DNA of 64,000 nt from NCBI GenBank assembly GCA_029259745.1, contig JAJDEO010000041.1, positions 19,374 to 83,373 of the forward strand, read 5' to 3'. The notes beneath the pieces were generated by a model, which saw only the letters and a program-made list of their open reading frames with translations, was not told the DNA's origin and did no database searches. A program made the position numbers and the translations under genes. Positions 19,812 to 29,794 of this stretch are shown here, one piece after another; within the stretch, counting starts at the first letter, position 1, and every line of letters begins with the position of its first letter. The DNA comes from Planctomycetota bacterium (lineage in GTDB: Bacteria > Planctomycetota > B15-G4).

Positions 19812-21353
19812 TCAGTCGAGCGAGAGTTCGAAGCCGTTGGTCGACGTGACTCCCGTCGCTGCCGAACCGTCGGCGAGGAACGCCTGGCTGTACACGGTGA
19901 TGCCCGCAGCCGTGGGCGGAACGACGATGTCGCCCGACAGCACCCCCGTCTGCGACAGCGTGAACGGAATCGAGATAAGCCCCGTCGGTGACAGGTAGAA
20001 CGGACAGCCCTTCACGGCGAGCCCGTCGGCCGTCGCGAGATTGACGAAGAGCAGGCCGAGCGCGCCCGACGGGCCGCCCATCACCGTGTAGTCGAGCTCG
20101 CTGCCGACGTCGGGGTGTCCGACGACGTCGTGCCACGGAGCCTCGGACGAGCCAGACCCGCACGGCTCTCCGAAAGGCACACCGCGCATGTCGAAGACAA
20201 AGCCGCGTACGTTCGTCGTCGTCGATCCGATCACGACGTCGTCGCCGTCGAGGTCGATCGCCGTCATGCTCGAGACGCCCGACGCGAAACGTTGCTCCAG
20301 GCGAACTCCCTGAGTCCACGTCCCGCCTTCACGGTTGAACACGACGGTGAACGGGACGCCCGTCCCCAGCTCACGAAGTCCGCCGACCACGGCGAACTGA
20401 CCGCTCAGTGCGACGTCGCGACCGAAGTCAGCCGGCTGAGTCGCAGACTCGTCCGTGGTCAACGTCGCGACCTCCGTCCAGACCCCGGCGATCCGCTCGA
20501 AGACGAGCACGGCACCCGGCGAGCTGCTCGGCGAGCCCTTGGCACCGACGAGGATCGTCGAGTCGTGGACATCGACCGCCGAAGAGACAGCGAGGTTCGC
20601 GCCGGCCAGCAGCGGCGAGGTGAGTTCGGCCGTCTCGGCCCAACTTCCCGCGACGCGCTCGAAGACGTGCACTCGTCCTGGTCCCGCAATCGGGCCGCCC
20701 GACGCGGCCACCACCGCGACGTCCCCACGGATCGACACGCCAGCGCCCGCGAACCCGAAGTCCGTCCCGCTGCTCGGGATCAACTTCGCGACGTGATTCC
20801 ACGCGCTGCCGTCGTACTCGTAGAGATGGGCGGCACCGGCGTCGACACCGTTCGCGTTGTCGTCGTTGGGCTCGCCGACGAGCAGTCGATTGCCACTCAG
20901 GGCGATGCTGCGGCCGAAGTTTCCGAGCGGCTCGGGATCGCTCGCGTCGACGTTGCCGATCTGGGCCCAGACGCCCGCCACGCGCTCGTAGACGTAAGCG
21001 GTTCCGGCGCCCATGTTCGGCGCCCCCACGGCAACGCGCCCGACACTCGCAGCGACGTACCCGAAACCGTCGGACGGAAAGGCACTCACTCCGTTCAACG
21101 TGTCGACTCGGATCCAATCCCCCGCGATTCGTTCGAACACTTCGACCAAGGACACACTCGGTCCACCGACGAACGCCGTATCACCGGAGATGGCGACGGA
21201 CGTTCCAAGCGAGACCGCGCTGCCAGCCCCGGTGAGCAGGATCTCGTCCTGAAACTTCGTCGGTGTCACCTGTGCGAAGGCCGTCGAGGAGAGAGTCATC
21301 GCGACGAGACCCGCCGTGACGTGTCGCCGGCAAGAGCAAGAGAGAGAAACCAT
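19812..21353 (-). CDS. Secreted FG-GAP_2-type beta-propeller protein with C-terminal beta-rich domain
   Basis: Signal peptide ending AFA|Q; repeats FG.SVAISG...VG and VFERxxGxW; start uncertain. Confidence 0.8.
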   Translation of the reverse strand: MVSLSCSCRRHVTAGLVAMTLSSTAFAQVTPTKFQDEILLTGAGSAVSLGTSVAISGDTAFVGGPSVSLVEVFERIAGDWIRVDTLNGVSAFPSDGFGYVAASVGRVAVGAPNMGAGTAYVYERVAGVWAQIGNVDASDPEPLGNFGRSIALSGNRLLVGEPNDDNANGVDAGAAHLYEYDGSAWNHVAKLIPSSGTDFGFAGAGVSIRGDVAVVAASGGPIAGPGRVHVFERVAGSWAETAELTSPLLAGANLAVSSAVDVHDSTILVGAKGSPSSSPGAVLVFERIAGVWTEVATLTTDESATQPADFGRDVALSGQFAVVGGLRELGTGVPFTVVFNREGGTWTQGVRLEQRFASGVSSMTAIDLDGDDVVIGSTTTNVRGFVFDMRGVPFGEPCGSGSSEAPWHDVVGHPDVGSELDYTVMGGPSGALGLLFVNLATADGLAVKGCPFYLSPTGLISIPFTLSQTGVLSGDIVVPPTAAGITVYSQAFLADGSAATGVTSTNGFELSLD

Positions 21354-21443
21354 GTTGCGCTCCGTGGGGTGGGCCCACACGGAGTCTACAGGGCGTGCGC
21401 TCCGTCGAGTTGCGATCGGCGGATAGTGCCGGCATCGCGACAC

Positions 21444-21787
21444 GCGCGTGACCATGCGACGAAGCTCCTCCGCTGCTTCCAGCGCATCCACCGACCGGGC
21501 TTCGTCGGACACACGCACGTGCCCAGCGTGATCGACGAAAACTGCACGTGGACGTCGTCCGCCCAGTGCCCGGACCGGTACGGAACGGAACGCCGCCCTT
21601 GCGTCGTCAGCGTCGGTTCGGTCGGCCGACCGCGCGACAGCGACACGCCTACGTGGTACGTCCTCTTCGACGGCGAAGTCGTGACGGTTCGCTGCGTCGA
21701 ATGAAACGTCGAGCGCGCGGCCAACTCGATCTTCGCCAATGAAGAGTTCCCCGACCCCGCGGCCAACGCCTCATCGAAGGCTGGTGA
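21444..21787 (+). pseudogene. Decayed duplicate of the metallophosphoesterase 3' end
   Basis: ARDHATKLLRCFQRIHRPGFVGHTHVP...; in-frame TGA replaces TAC, 1-bp deletion near the end, no 5' half. Confidence 0.9.
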
Positions 21788-21800
21788 CCGCAGGCGGACG

Positions 21801-22049
21801 TCAGACTTCGACGAACGCGGGACGAATCTCCCGAGCATAGAACGCGATGAGCGCCGGGGGCGCTGCGTCGATCTTCGCGAGCCGGCAGGCCATGTCCAAG
21901 GGCTCGCTGTGATAGGCGAGATCGGGTATCCGCGACTCGAAGGCAGTCAGGCGCGCATCGTCGATCGTGCAACGAACTTCGACCAGGCAACGCCGCACGG
22001 CGCGCCAGTACTTGGCTTTGTATGCGGAGGTCAGCTGCGTGCTGGTCAT
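21801..22049 (-). CDS. Small hypothetical protein (82 aa)
   Basis: ATG start and globular-looking composition (KYWRAVRRCLVE...LAYHSEPLDMACRLA). Confidence 0.55.
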   Translation of the reverse strand: MTSTQLTSAYKAKYWRAVRRCLVEVRCTIDDARLTAFESRIPDLAYHSEPLDMACRLAKIDAAPPALIAFYAREIRPAFVEV

Positions 22050-22288
22050 GGTCGAAGTTCAGCGGGGTGTAGCAGAGCTTGCGCGAGGTCTTCTGGGCAA
22101 CATCACGTTCGTCGGCAAACTCCCGCCCGATCTGAACATCCATACTTCCGGTGGCCCCGTCATCGCCGTCGCCGAGGTCCTGTGGCGGTTCGGACAGCGG
22201 TCGATCGGGAAACAGACCGAGGTCCGTCGTCTGGTCCGTCATCCTGAGCTCAGCGAGCTGCGGAGATATCCGCCATCGGCTGTGCGAA

Positions 22289-23806
22289 TCAGAGCGACTC
22301 GTGGACTTCGAGCGCGAGAACGCCGTCCGGAGTGGCATCGGCGCTGTCACCCTGCACGACGAGCATCGCGGCGTGGCGGCGTGCGCGTTCGATCGGGTCG
22401 GCGATGTCGGTGCGCGTGAGCGTGAGGACACCGGCCGTGTGCGCGCGGGCAAGGGCGATCGTGGCCGCGTCGTTCGTGTCGACATCCGGGCCGATGAGGA
22501 TGCGCCAGCCCGAGAGGAAGCCCGACTCGCGATCGATGAGCGCGTCGAGCGTCTCGAGATCGAGGACACCTGCCGTGAGGACCGCGCCGCCGGTGAGCAC
22601 GGGCAGGAGGTCGAGCGTCACGGCGTGTGGATCGATCTCACCGGCGTCGCAGCCGATGACATCGCCCTCGGTGTCGATCTCGACGATGCGGGCGACGACA
22701 TCGCCGATGCGCAGTCGCGGTTGGGCCGGCCAGCGCCCGGCGAGGAAGTGCGCGGCCGTCGGCGCGTCGAGCAGCTTGGCCGGTGGCGGCGGCTTGACCT
22801 TCGTGACGGGCTCGAGGTCGTCGAGCGCGCGAACGGTCTTGAACGACGCCTTGAGGAACGGCGGCCAGGGACGGCCCGAGTCGTGGCGGCGGCGCAACCA
22901 GTTCAGCGTCTCGCGATGCCCCGCGTTGCCGGTACCGATCGGCCCGTCGTCGACGGACGCGGCCACGCCACGCATCTCGCGCGCACGGTGACTGCGCGCG
23001 AGCACGGCCCCGGCGCGCGCCGCGATGTAGTTGTCGTCGGCCTTGTGCTCGAGCCGCACCTCGGCGCCGCGCCCACGCCAGGTTTCGATGGCACGCCGCA
23101 GCGTGGCCTGCCCGCCGTAGTCATCGATGACGATCTCGATGTCCGACCAATCGTCGGCATCCGTGAGCCCCGCCGACGCCATGAGGTCGCCGACGGCGCG
23201 CACGTAGACGAGGTCGAGCAGCGCGTTCTTGCTGTAGCGATCGAAGACCGGATTCGGCACGGGCAGCGCGACGAGATGCACGCCCTCGGCGCGGACCTCT
23301 TCGAGCTGACGGCCGAGACGTTCCCAGCCTGACGCGGTGCGTGAGGCCTTCGTGTCGACGCGCGCCGCGATCTTCGAGACGGCGTCGATCGCGTCCACCG
23401 GGATCATCGATCCGCCGATCACCGTGGTGCCGATCAACTCACCCGTGCCGGTTTCGTCGAGGCCGATGAGCCAGCGCGTCGTCTCGCGTTTTGCACCGAT
23501 CAACCCGCCGATTCGCGTCGGGGACGTCGGCGGCGTCTTGACCCGCACGCCGGGCACGCCCTCTTCACCCAGCGCCTCGGCGATCTGCGCCGCCAGGACA
23601 GTTCCCTCGGCATCGCCGTCCTTCACCGTGGCCACGAGCTTGTGCGACGTGTACATCGTGAAGATCGACTTCTCCGGCGTGCGCACCTCGAAGGCCACGT
23701 ACTGATTCTTCGGATTCTTCGCCAGCGCGTGTCCGCGGGCCGTGAACAGCGCGCCGATGGCGGAGGCTTGCTGCGGCGAGAGACTTCGAGAGACAGGTCG
23801 GCTCAT
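22289..23806 (-). CDS. Ribonuclease HII/HIII-like protein with N- and C-terminal extensions
   Basis: IGLDETGTGELIG, DTK, IVIDDY, KADDNYIAARAGAVLAR. Confidence 0.75.
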   Translation of the reverse strand: MSRPVSRSLSPQQASAIGALFTARGHALAKNPKNQYVAFEVRTPEKSIFTMYTSHKLVATVKDGDAEGTVLAAQIAEALGEEGVPGVRVKTPPTSPTRIGGLIGAKRETTRWLIGLDETGTGELIGTTVIGGSMIPVDAIDAVSKIAARVDTKASRTASGWERLGRQLEEVRAEGVHLVALPVPNPVFDRYSKNALLDLVYVRAVGDLMASAGLTDADDWSDIEIVIDDYGGQATLRRAIETWRGRGAEVRLEHKADDNYIAARAGAVLARSHRAREMRGVAASVDDGPIGTGNAGHRETLNWLRRRHDSGRPWPPFLKASFKTVRALDDLEPVTKVKPPPPAKLLDAPTAAHFLAGRWPAQPRLRIGDVVARIVEIDTEGDVIGCDAGEIDPHAVTLDLLPVLTGGAVLTAGVLDLETLDALIDRESGFLSGWRILIGPDVDTNDAATIALARAHTAGVLTLTRTDIADPIERARRHAAMLVVQGDSADATPDGVLALEVHESL

Positions 23807-23872
23807 GGGGCACTGGGGATACCATGCTCGGCTCCCCCTTCCAAAGACGGCACTGCCAAAGACGACGCCCCG

Positions 23873-26296
23873 ATGATCCGCCTGCGGACCGGCAACCTCA
23901 GCACATCCACGCTCAAGGCCGTCTGGCACGAGCGCAGCCGGCCCGATCCGAACGTCGACCGCGCGCGACTCGTCGAGTGGGCGCGCGCGGGGTTCGACGA
24001 AGTCGAGGACTACGTGGCGTGGGGCGTCGTCGAGCAGCGGCCGGGGCGCTGGGACTTCACGCTGCACCACGAGAACCTCGATGCGATCGAGGCGGCCGGG
24101 ATGGAGCCGTGGATCTATCCGTGGCTGCACGTGAGTCCGCACTGGTGGACGCGCGGGGAGCTGGCCGACGACGACGCGCTGTTCGTGCCGTCGCGTTGCG
24201 CGGCGACCGGGCGCGCCGGTTACTTCCCGAGCCTGTTTGCGGAGTCGACATGGACGCGATTGGCGCGCTTCTACGCGGCTGTGAACGACGCGCTCGGCTC
24301 ACGTGTCGAAGGCATTGCGATCGCGTGGCCGACCGACTACGGCGAGGTCGGTGCGGCGTCGAACATCTCGCGCTGGCTCTTCCCGCATCGTCCCGCGGGT
24401 CCGGCCCATGGCGATGCCTTCTGGTACGGGGACGAGCCTGCGCGACGCGCGCTCGCAGACTGGATCGAGATCGAACACGGGTCGCTGGGCGCAGCGGCCG
24501 AACGCTGGGGCGTCGACGTGGCAACGCTCACGCCCGCGACCGGCAACACGCCGCCGCCTTTCCCTGTCCCCGCGCTGGCCAGCTCCGAAGCGCTGCGCAT
24601 CGACATCGCGTCGTTCGCAAGGCACGCAACGCACACGGCGCTCGAACGCATGTTCGCCCTGGCGCGCGACGTGTTCGGATCGGCGCCGCTCGAGATCAAG
24701 CTCGGGCATGCCAGCGAGTCGGTGCTGCTCGGGCGATCGATGTCGGACGTCGTCGCGATCGCCGCGCGTCACGATGTCTCGGTACGCTCGACCCACTCGG
24801 GCCAAGCGCCGCTCTTCACGAAGCACATCGCGGCGTCGTGCCGCCGTCACGGAGCACGCTTCACGACCGAAGGCCCGCGCGACGTCGCACGCGATGTGCT
24901 CGCTCGCCGCCTGCACGACGACATCTGCCACGGGTCGACGCACCTCTACGAGTTCCCCGAGCAGCTCGCCATGGTCGACATCGACGCTGTGCGCGACGCC
25001 CTCGGTACCCCCGTGCGCGGCCATACAGTCGCCGCGTTCATGCCGCACCTCGACCTCGCCTTGACGCCGGGGCTCGGTGTGCCCGAGTGTCTCGTCGTCG
25101 GACTCGAGACGCTACGTCGCGTCGTCGACTTCGACTTCATCGACGACGCGACGACGCTCGACGGAAGCACCTCCGCACTTCTGCTCTTCGACGCACGCGC
25201 CTTCGCTTCATCGACGTACAACGCGCTCGCCGCCTGGGTGCATGCCGGCGGCACGTTGATCGCTGGCACGCCGGGCGCACCGCGCGTCTGCCGTGCAGCG
25301 GACGACTCGCCGCTGACGCCGCAGGGCGAGGCGCTGCACGATGCCCTGACGCGCGACGATCCGGCACGTCGCTCGACACCGGACGGCATCGCGTCGATCG
25401 CGCCAGCCGACGTGCGACCGATCCCCGACGGTGTCGTCCGCACCCATGCTCGGCCGGGCGAGGAGCTCGACCGTTTCCTCGTCGGCGAAGGCTGGCACGG
25501 CCGCGACGACGGCGCCTTCGGTTGGCCCGACGAAGAAGGCCCCGTTCCGACCCGCTGGACGACGGGCTGCGCGCGCCTGCGGCTGCCGAAGGTCGTCGGG
25601 CCCTGCGAGTCGCGCGGCCTGCTCGTGCTCGACGCGACGATTCGTGGCCAGGCGCCGCTCACGCCCGTCGTCGTCTGGTGGAACGGCACGGCAATCGGAC
25701 GCATCGACTACCCGCGCGAGGCTCCCGGGCCCGTCGCCTTGCCCGCCGACCCGCCGCGCGCGGGACAGCCCAACCTCGTCACGTTGACGATGCCCACCAC
25801 GCGCCCGCCCGAACGCAACGGCGCACGCGACGAACGCGAGCTCGGCATCCTCGTGCGCGAGGTTCGTTGGGTTGGCCTCGAGACACCGGCCGACGACGTC
25901 GGCGGACTCGCGTCGATCCCGGGCTTCACGGTTCGCGAGCGTGCCACCGAGCGTCCCACCGAAGCCCCCGCCGACACGACACGCGCGTTCGGCAAGGGCA
26001 CGGTGATCGTCGGCGACACCACACCCGCCGGCGCCCTCGACGGTCTGCGCACCTGGCTCGCCGAGCACACGAACACGCCCACGCCCGCGAACACGATCCT
26101 CGTCCGCGACCTCGACGAAACGTGCCTCGTCACGGCACTGCGCGACGGCCTCATCGTCTTCAACCCGTCACGCGTCCCGACGACGCCACGCCTCGTCATC
26201 CATCCCCACCACGTCGCCGACATCCCGCAGGGGACGCTGCCGACGATCGAGACGATCCCCGGTCACACGACGCGGTTCGTGCCCTGGGCGAGCTGA
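23873..26296 (+). CDS. Glycoside hydrolase-like protein (GH42/GH14-like TIM barrel with C-terminal beta domain)
   Basis: GFDEVEDYVAWGVVEQRPGRWDF, PHWW, DYGE, FDFIDD middle domain, GWH...RWT...RELGI. Confidence 0.65.
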   Translation: MIRLRTGNLSTSTLKAVWHERSRPDPNVDRARLVEWARAGFDEVEDYVAWGVVEQRPGRWDFTLHHENLDAIEAAGMEPWIYPWLHVSPHWWTRGELADDDALFVPSRCAATGRAGYFPSLFAESTWTRLARFYAAVNDALGSRVEGIAIAWPTDYGEVGAASNISRWLFPHRPAGPAHGDAFWYGDEPARRALADWIEIEHGSLGAAAERWGVDVATLTPATGNTPPPFPVPALASSEALRIDIASFARHATHTALERMFALARDVFGSAPLEIKLGHASESVLLGRSMSDVVAIAARHDVSVRSTHSGQAPLFTKHIAASCRRHGARFTTEGPRDVARDVLARRLHDDICHGSTHLYEFPEQLAMVDIDAVRDALGTPVRGHTVAAFMPHLDLALTPGLGVPECLVVGLETLRRVVDFDFIDDATTLDGSTSALLLFDARAFASSTYNALAAWVHAGGTLIAGTPGAPRVCRAADDSPLTPQGEALHDALTRDDPARRSTPDGIASIAPADVRPIPDGVVRTHARPGEELDRFLVGEGWHGRDDGAFGWPDEEGPVPTRWTTGCARLRLPKVVGPCESRGLLVLDATIRGQAPLTPVVVWWNGTAIGRIDYPREAPGPVALPADPPRAGQPNLVTLTMPTTRPPERNGARDERELGILVREVRWVGLETPADDVGGLASIPGFTVRERATERPTEAPADTTRAFGKGTVIVGDTTPAGALDGLRTWLAEHTNTPTPANTILVRDLDETCLVTALRDGLIVFNPSRVPTTPRLVIHPHHVADIPQGTLPTIETIPGHTTRFVPWAS

Positions 26297-26404
26297 CGCG
26301 CGCGTCGACGAGGTGCCCGTCACCACCGACTCGGCGCTTCCTTGGATGCTCGACGTCGCCCGGAACGCGTCGTCCTCGTGACGCTTCCTGAAGCGACTCC
26401 AACG

Positions 26405-28180
26405 TCACGGGAACGGCACGCCGACGACGACGGGGTCGTGGTCGGAAACTTGATCGGCGAACTCGGCGTTGACGTGGACGACGTCGACGGCCACCGCGCT
26501 CCCATCGCCGAAGAGTGACTTGCTGACGAGCACGTGGTCGAGCACCTGCGCGACGCCTTGGTAGACGTACGTGTAGCGCTCGTTCTCGGGAAGCTGCTCG
26601 ATGAGCGACACCAGACGCGTGCCGGCGAGCGTGCGAACGGGGCGCGAGAACGGAAAGTCGTTGAGGTCGCCCATGACGATGACGGCGGCGTCTTCGTCGA
26701 TCTCGAGCAGCGCGTCGACGACGCGCCCGATCGCCGCGGCCTGCTGCACGCGCTTCGGCTCGCTGTGTCGAACGGGCGGTTGGTTGGTGCCGTAGAGCGA
26801 ATCGTCGCCGCCCTTCGAGCGCAGGTGCGCGACGATCGCGAAAAGCGACTCTCCGCCGCGGCGGAACTGCGCGATGAGCGGCTTGCGGCTGTTGTCGAAG
26901 GACGCATCGTCGGTGCCGAAGCGGCCCGGGCTGAACGACAGCGTCGGGCCGTCGGGGCGCGAGAGCACGGCGACCTCGTCGGTGGGCCCTGAACCGGGGC
27001 GACGCGCGAGCGACAGGCCGGTGTCGGTGCGCCACAGGAAACCGACACGGATGTTGCCGCAGGGTTGACCGCCGTCTTCGCCGTCAACCGGCGCGACGTC
27101 GGCCCACGAGTAGCGCGGCCCGCCGGCAGCGACGATCGCGTCGATGAGCAGCGCCCAGGTCGCGGCGGCCGACGTCGTGCCTGCGCCGCACTCGGGGCCG
27201 TCGTCGTCCTGGATTTCCTGGACACCGATGAGATCGGGCGAACGCAGGTTGTCGACAACGAGTGCCGCGAGGCGGGCGAAGTGCTCGGGGTCATCGCGCG
27301 CGTCGAGGTTCTCGACGTTGAACGTCGCGACGCGCACGAGCGCCTCATCGTCGGGCACCTCGCTGACTTCGCGCAGCAGTCCTTGGCGCTCGACGGTGGG
27401 CGCGTTCGTCACGAGCACCTTGTAGTTGCCGAAGCTGTAATGCACGACGCCGATCACGTCGCTCGTGAAGCGGTCGCCGAGGTGCATCTCCGGCACCTCG
27501 GCGAGCAGATCGTCGAGAGTGACGCGCCCAGGATGGGCGCTGCTCTCCGTCATCACCAGTGCACCGCGCGCGCTCAACGGCGCGGTGCCGCCGCAGACAA
27601 CCGTGACTTCGCCGTACTTGTTGCGGGCGCTCGTCGCGCGCGCGTCTGCGATCTGCACGCGCATGCCCTCGCAGCTCTCGAGGAAGTCGAGCGAGTCGGT
27701 GCCGATGTCGAACGAGGTCAACCCGTCGTCGTCGATCGCGGCCGTCGGAACGGTGCGACCACCCTCACCGCCCCAACGCACGGGCGCCGGCAAGGCCACC
27801 TCGCGTTCGAGCGTCTCGACGGACGCCGCAACGAGCGTCGTGATCGGGAGCGTCCCATCGCCGAACAGTTGCTCCTCAACGACGCCGCGCGCGCGCACGA
27901 TGTCGCCGACGGCGAGATCGCGATGGACGTCCGATGTCGTCATGACGACGAGCCCCTCGGACGTCTCGTCACGCGCATCGCGGGCTGCCACGGGGGCCTC
28001 GATCCAGACGCTGTATGCGTTGCGACGCGAATCGCCGTGCGACGCCGTGACGATGCCCTCCACGGCGACTTCCTGGCCGACGAGCGGCGAGCGATGCGTC
28101 GCGCCCTGGACGCGATGGATCGGCAGCACGTCAGCTGCCGGGGCCGCGAACAGCACACTGAGAAGTAGGCCGGCAAGCAT
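26405..28180 (-). CDS. Secreted endonuclease/exonuclease/phosphatase with OB folds (YhcR/ExeM-like)
   Basis: IHRVQG..HRSP, ATFNVENL, VQEIQD, GDLND, LDH, SDHDP. Confidence 0.9.
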   Translation of the reverse strand: MLAGLLLSVLFAAPAADVLPIHRVQGATHRSPLVGQEVAVEGIVTASHGDSRRNAYSVWIEAPVAARDARDETSEGLVVMTTSDVHRDLAVGDIVRARGVVEEQLFGDGTLPITTLVAASVETLEREVALPAPVRWGGEGGRTVPTAAIDDDGLTSFDIGTDSLDFLESCEGMRVQIADARATSARNKYGEVTVVCGGTAPLSARGALVMTESSAHPGRVTLDDLLAEVPEMHLGDRFTSDVIGVVHYSFGNYKVLVTNAPTVERQGLLREVSEVPDDEALVRVATFNVENLDARDDPEHFARLAALVVDNLRSPDLIGVQEIQDDDGPECGAGTTSAAATWALLIDAIVAAGGPRYSWADVAPVDGEDGGQPCGNIRVGFLWRTDTGLSLARRPGSGPTDEVAVLSRPDGPTLSFSPGRFGTDDASFDNSRKPLIAQFRRGGESLFAIVAHLRSKGGDDSLYGTNQPPVRHSEPKRVQQAAAIGRVVDALLEIDEDAAVIVMGDLNDFPFSRPVRTLAGTRLVSLIEQLPENERYTYVYQGVAQVLDHVLVSKSLFGDGSAVAVDVVHVNAEFADQVSDHDPVVVGVPFP

Positions 28181-28334
28181 CGCGAGGTGTCTCCGTCGGG
28201 CTGGGACGCCCAACCTCCGTGGGTTGCGGCGACGCTCGGACAAGCGGCGCGAGTCTACCAGTCGAACAGGGAGCGCCGCGCGGGGCCTTTCTCGTACGAT
28301 GGTCGGCCGTCCCGCTTCCCCACGGATCGCTCCC

Positions 28335-29240
28335 ATGCTGCGCTCGCTGCCTCTCGCCGTCTTCGCCGCCGTCCTCACCCTCGCACCCGAGCCGACCGCG
28401 CAGCGCGGACAGCTCGACCGCGTTGCGATCGTTCCCCAACACGTCGCCGGAAACGTGCACATGCTGATGGGCGCCGGCGGGAACATCGGCGTGTCGGTCG
28501 GAGCAGACGGCGTGCTGATGGTCGACGATCAGTTCACGCAGATGGCCCCGAAGATCCGCTCGGCGATCGAAGCGATCGAAGCGACGCGCACCGGCGACTC
28601 CACGGAGTCGTCCGGCAAGATCCGCATACTCGTCAACACGCACATGCACGGCGACCACACGGGCGGCAACGCCGACTTCGCCGACGAAGCGTTGATCTTT
28701 GCCCATGCCAACGTGCGCATGCGCATGCAGAGCGAGAACCAACCGCCGCTCATGCTGCCCGTCGTGACGTTCACCGACTCGATTGATCTGCACTTCAACG
28801 GCGAGACCGTGCGCGTCATCCATCTGCCCGGCGGCCATACCGACGGCGACAGCTACATCTGGTTCCGCGCTGCGAACGTTGCCCACCTCGGCGACCACTT
28901 CTTCTCCGGCAAGTTTCCGTACGTCGACGTCGCACGCGGCGGCAGCGCGATGGGCCTGCGCGACAACATCGGTCGGCTGCTCCAGGAGTTTCCCGACGAC
29001 ACGCAGATCATCCCGGGACACGGGCCGCTCAGCACCGTCGACGACCTGCGCAAGTACCACGAGATGCTGACGGAAACCATCGAGTACGTCCGCGCGGGCC
29101 TGGCGGCCGGCAAGACACCCGACGACATGCGCCGCGCGGGATTTGACGAGAAGTGGGCCTCGTGGGGCACTGGCTTCATCAACGCCGAGGGCTGGATGCA
29201 GATCATCGTCGACAGCTTCGGCGCCGAGGATCACAACTAG
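28335..29240 (+). CDS. Secreted MBL-fold metallo-hydrolase (cyclase-like)
   Basis: THMHGDHTGGN, GHTDGD, LGD, PGHG. Confidence 0.92.
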   Translation: MLRSLPLAVFAAVLTLAPEPTAQRGQLDRVAIVPQHVAGNVHMLMGAGGNIGVSVGADGVLMVDDQFTQMAPKIRSAIEAIEATRTGDSTESSGKIRILVNTHMHGDHTGGNADFADEALIFAHANVRMRMQSENQPPLMLPVVTFTDSIDLHFNGETVRVIHLPGGHTDGDSYIWFRAANVAHLGDHFFSGKFPYVDVARGGSAMGLRDNIGRLLQEFPDDTQIIPGHGPLSTVDDLRKYHEMLTETIEYVRAGLAAGKTPDDMRRAGFDEKWASWGTGFINAEGWMQIIVDSFGAEDHN

Positions 29241-29794
29241 CGGTGTGATTCAAAAGTTCGCGTCGTTTGGTTCGCGCCCTCCTCGCCGCTGGCTGTGTTG
29301 CAGCTCCTCGACGCATCCACCAAGTCGCCTGAGCAGTCCCGTTGACGAACTGCTCCGAGTGCGCCATGCGTGTCCGAGTGTGTCTGCGCGCGTGTGGAAA
29401 CGCAGGCGAATCGGTGGATTCGTCGAGGCTCCCGCGCTTGCACAGGCGCGCTCGGGCGCGGCCCCGCTCCGTCGCGCCTCATCGCGAGATGTGGTGGAAT
29501 GCACCTCGTGTCGCACCGTCTCGGGACAAAACGTCTCGTTTCCTGGCAGAGGGCGTACGAAGTCGCCTTCGAAGGCAGTGGGTCTCCGAATACCTGCCTC
29601 GCGGGTCCAGAAATGGGATAGGCGCTTTCGCCGATTGCACCTAAGGTATTCGGTGCTTTGCTTCTGATGAGGTTCTCTCCCCCGAACACCCTCATCGGAG
29701 TCGGCGACGCCGAGCCGCATGCTGCGGTTCATCCCGTTCGCCCGTCTTTCTCTCCCACCCCGAGGCCACGATGCATCCGTCGTGGAACGTGCGC

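Noticed and set aside
19020-21787. Diversity-generating retroelement (template/variable repeat pair)
   Set aside because: Mismatches are not adenine-specific in either copy (many C/G and C/T changes), and no reverse transcriptase is in the window
28335-29240. Calling the MBL-fold protein, or the serine hydrolase at 41406-42830, an antibiotic resistance gene
   Set aside because: Only superfamily motifs are visible; nothing supports true beta-lactamase activity
29664-29700. Hammerhead ribozyme core (CTGATGA)
   Set aside because: No GAAA follows stem II, and the motif is itself paired within a simple hairpin
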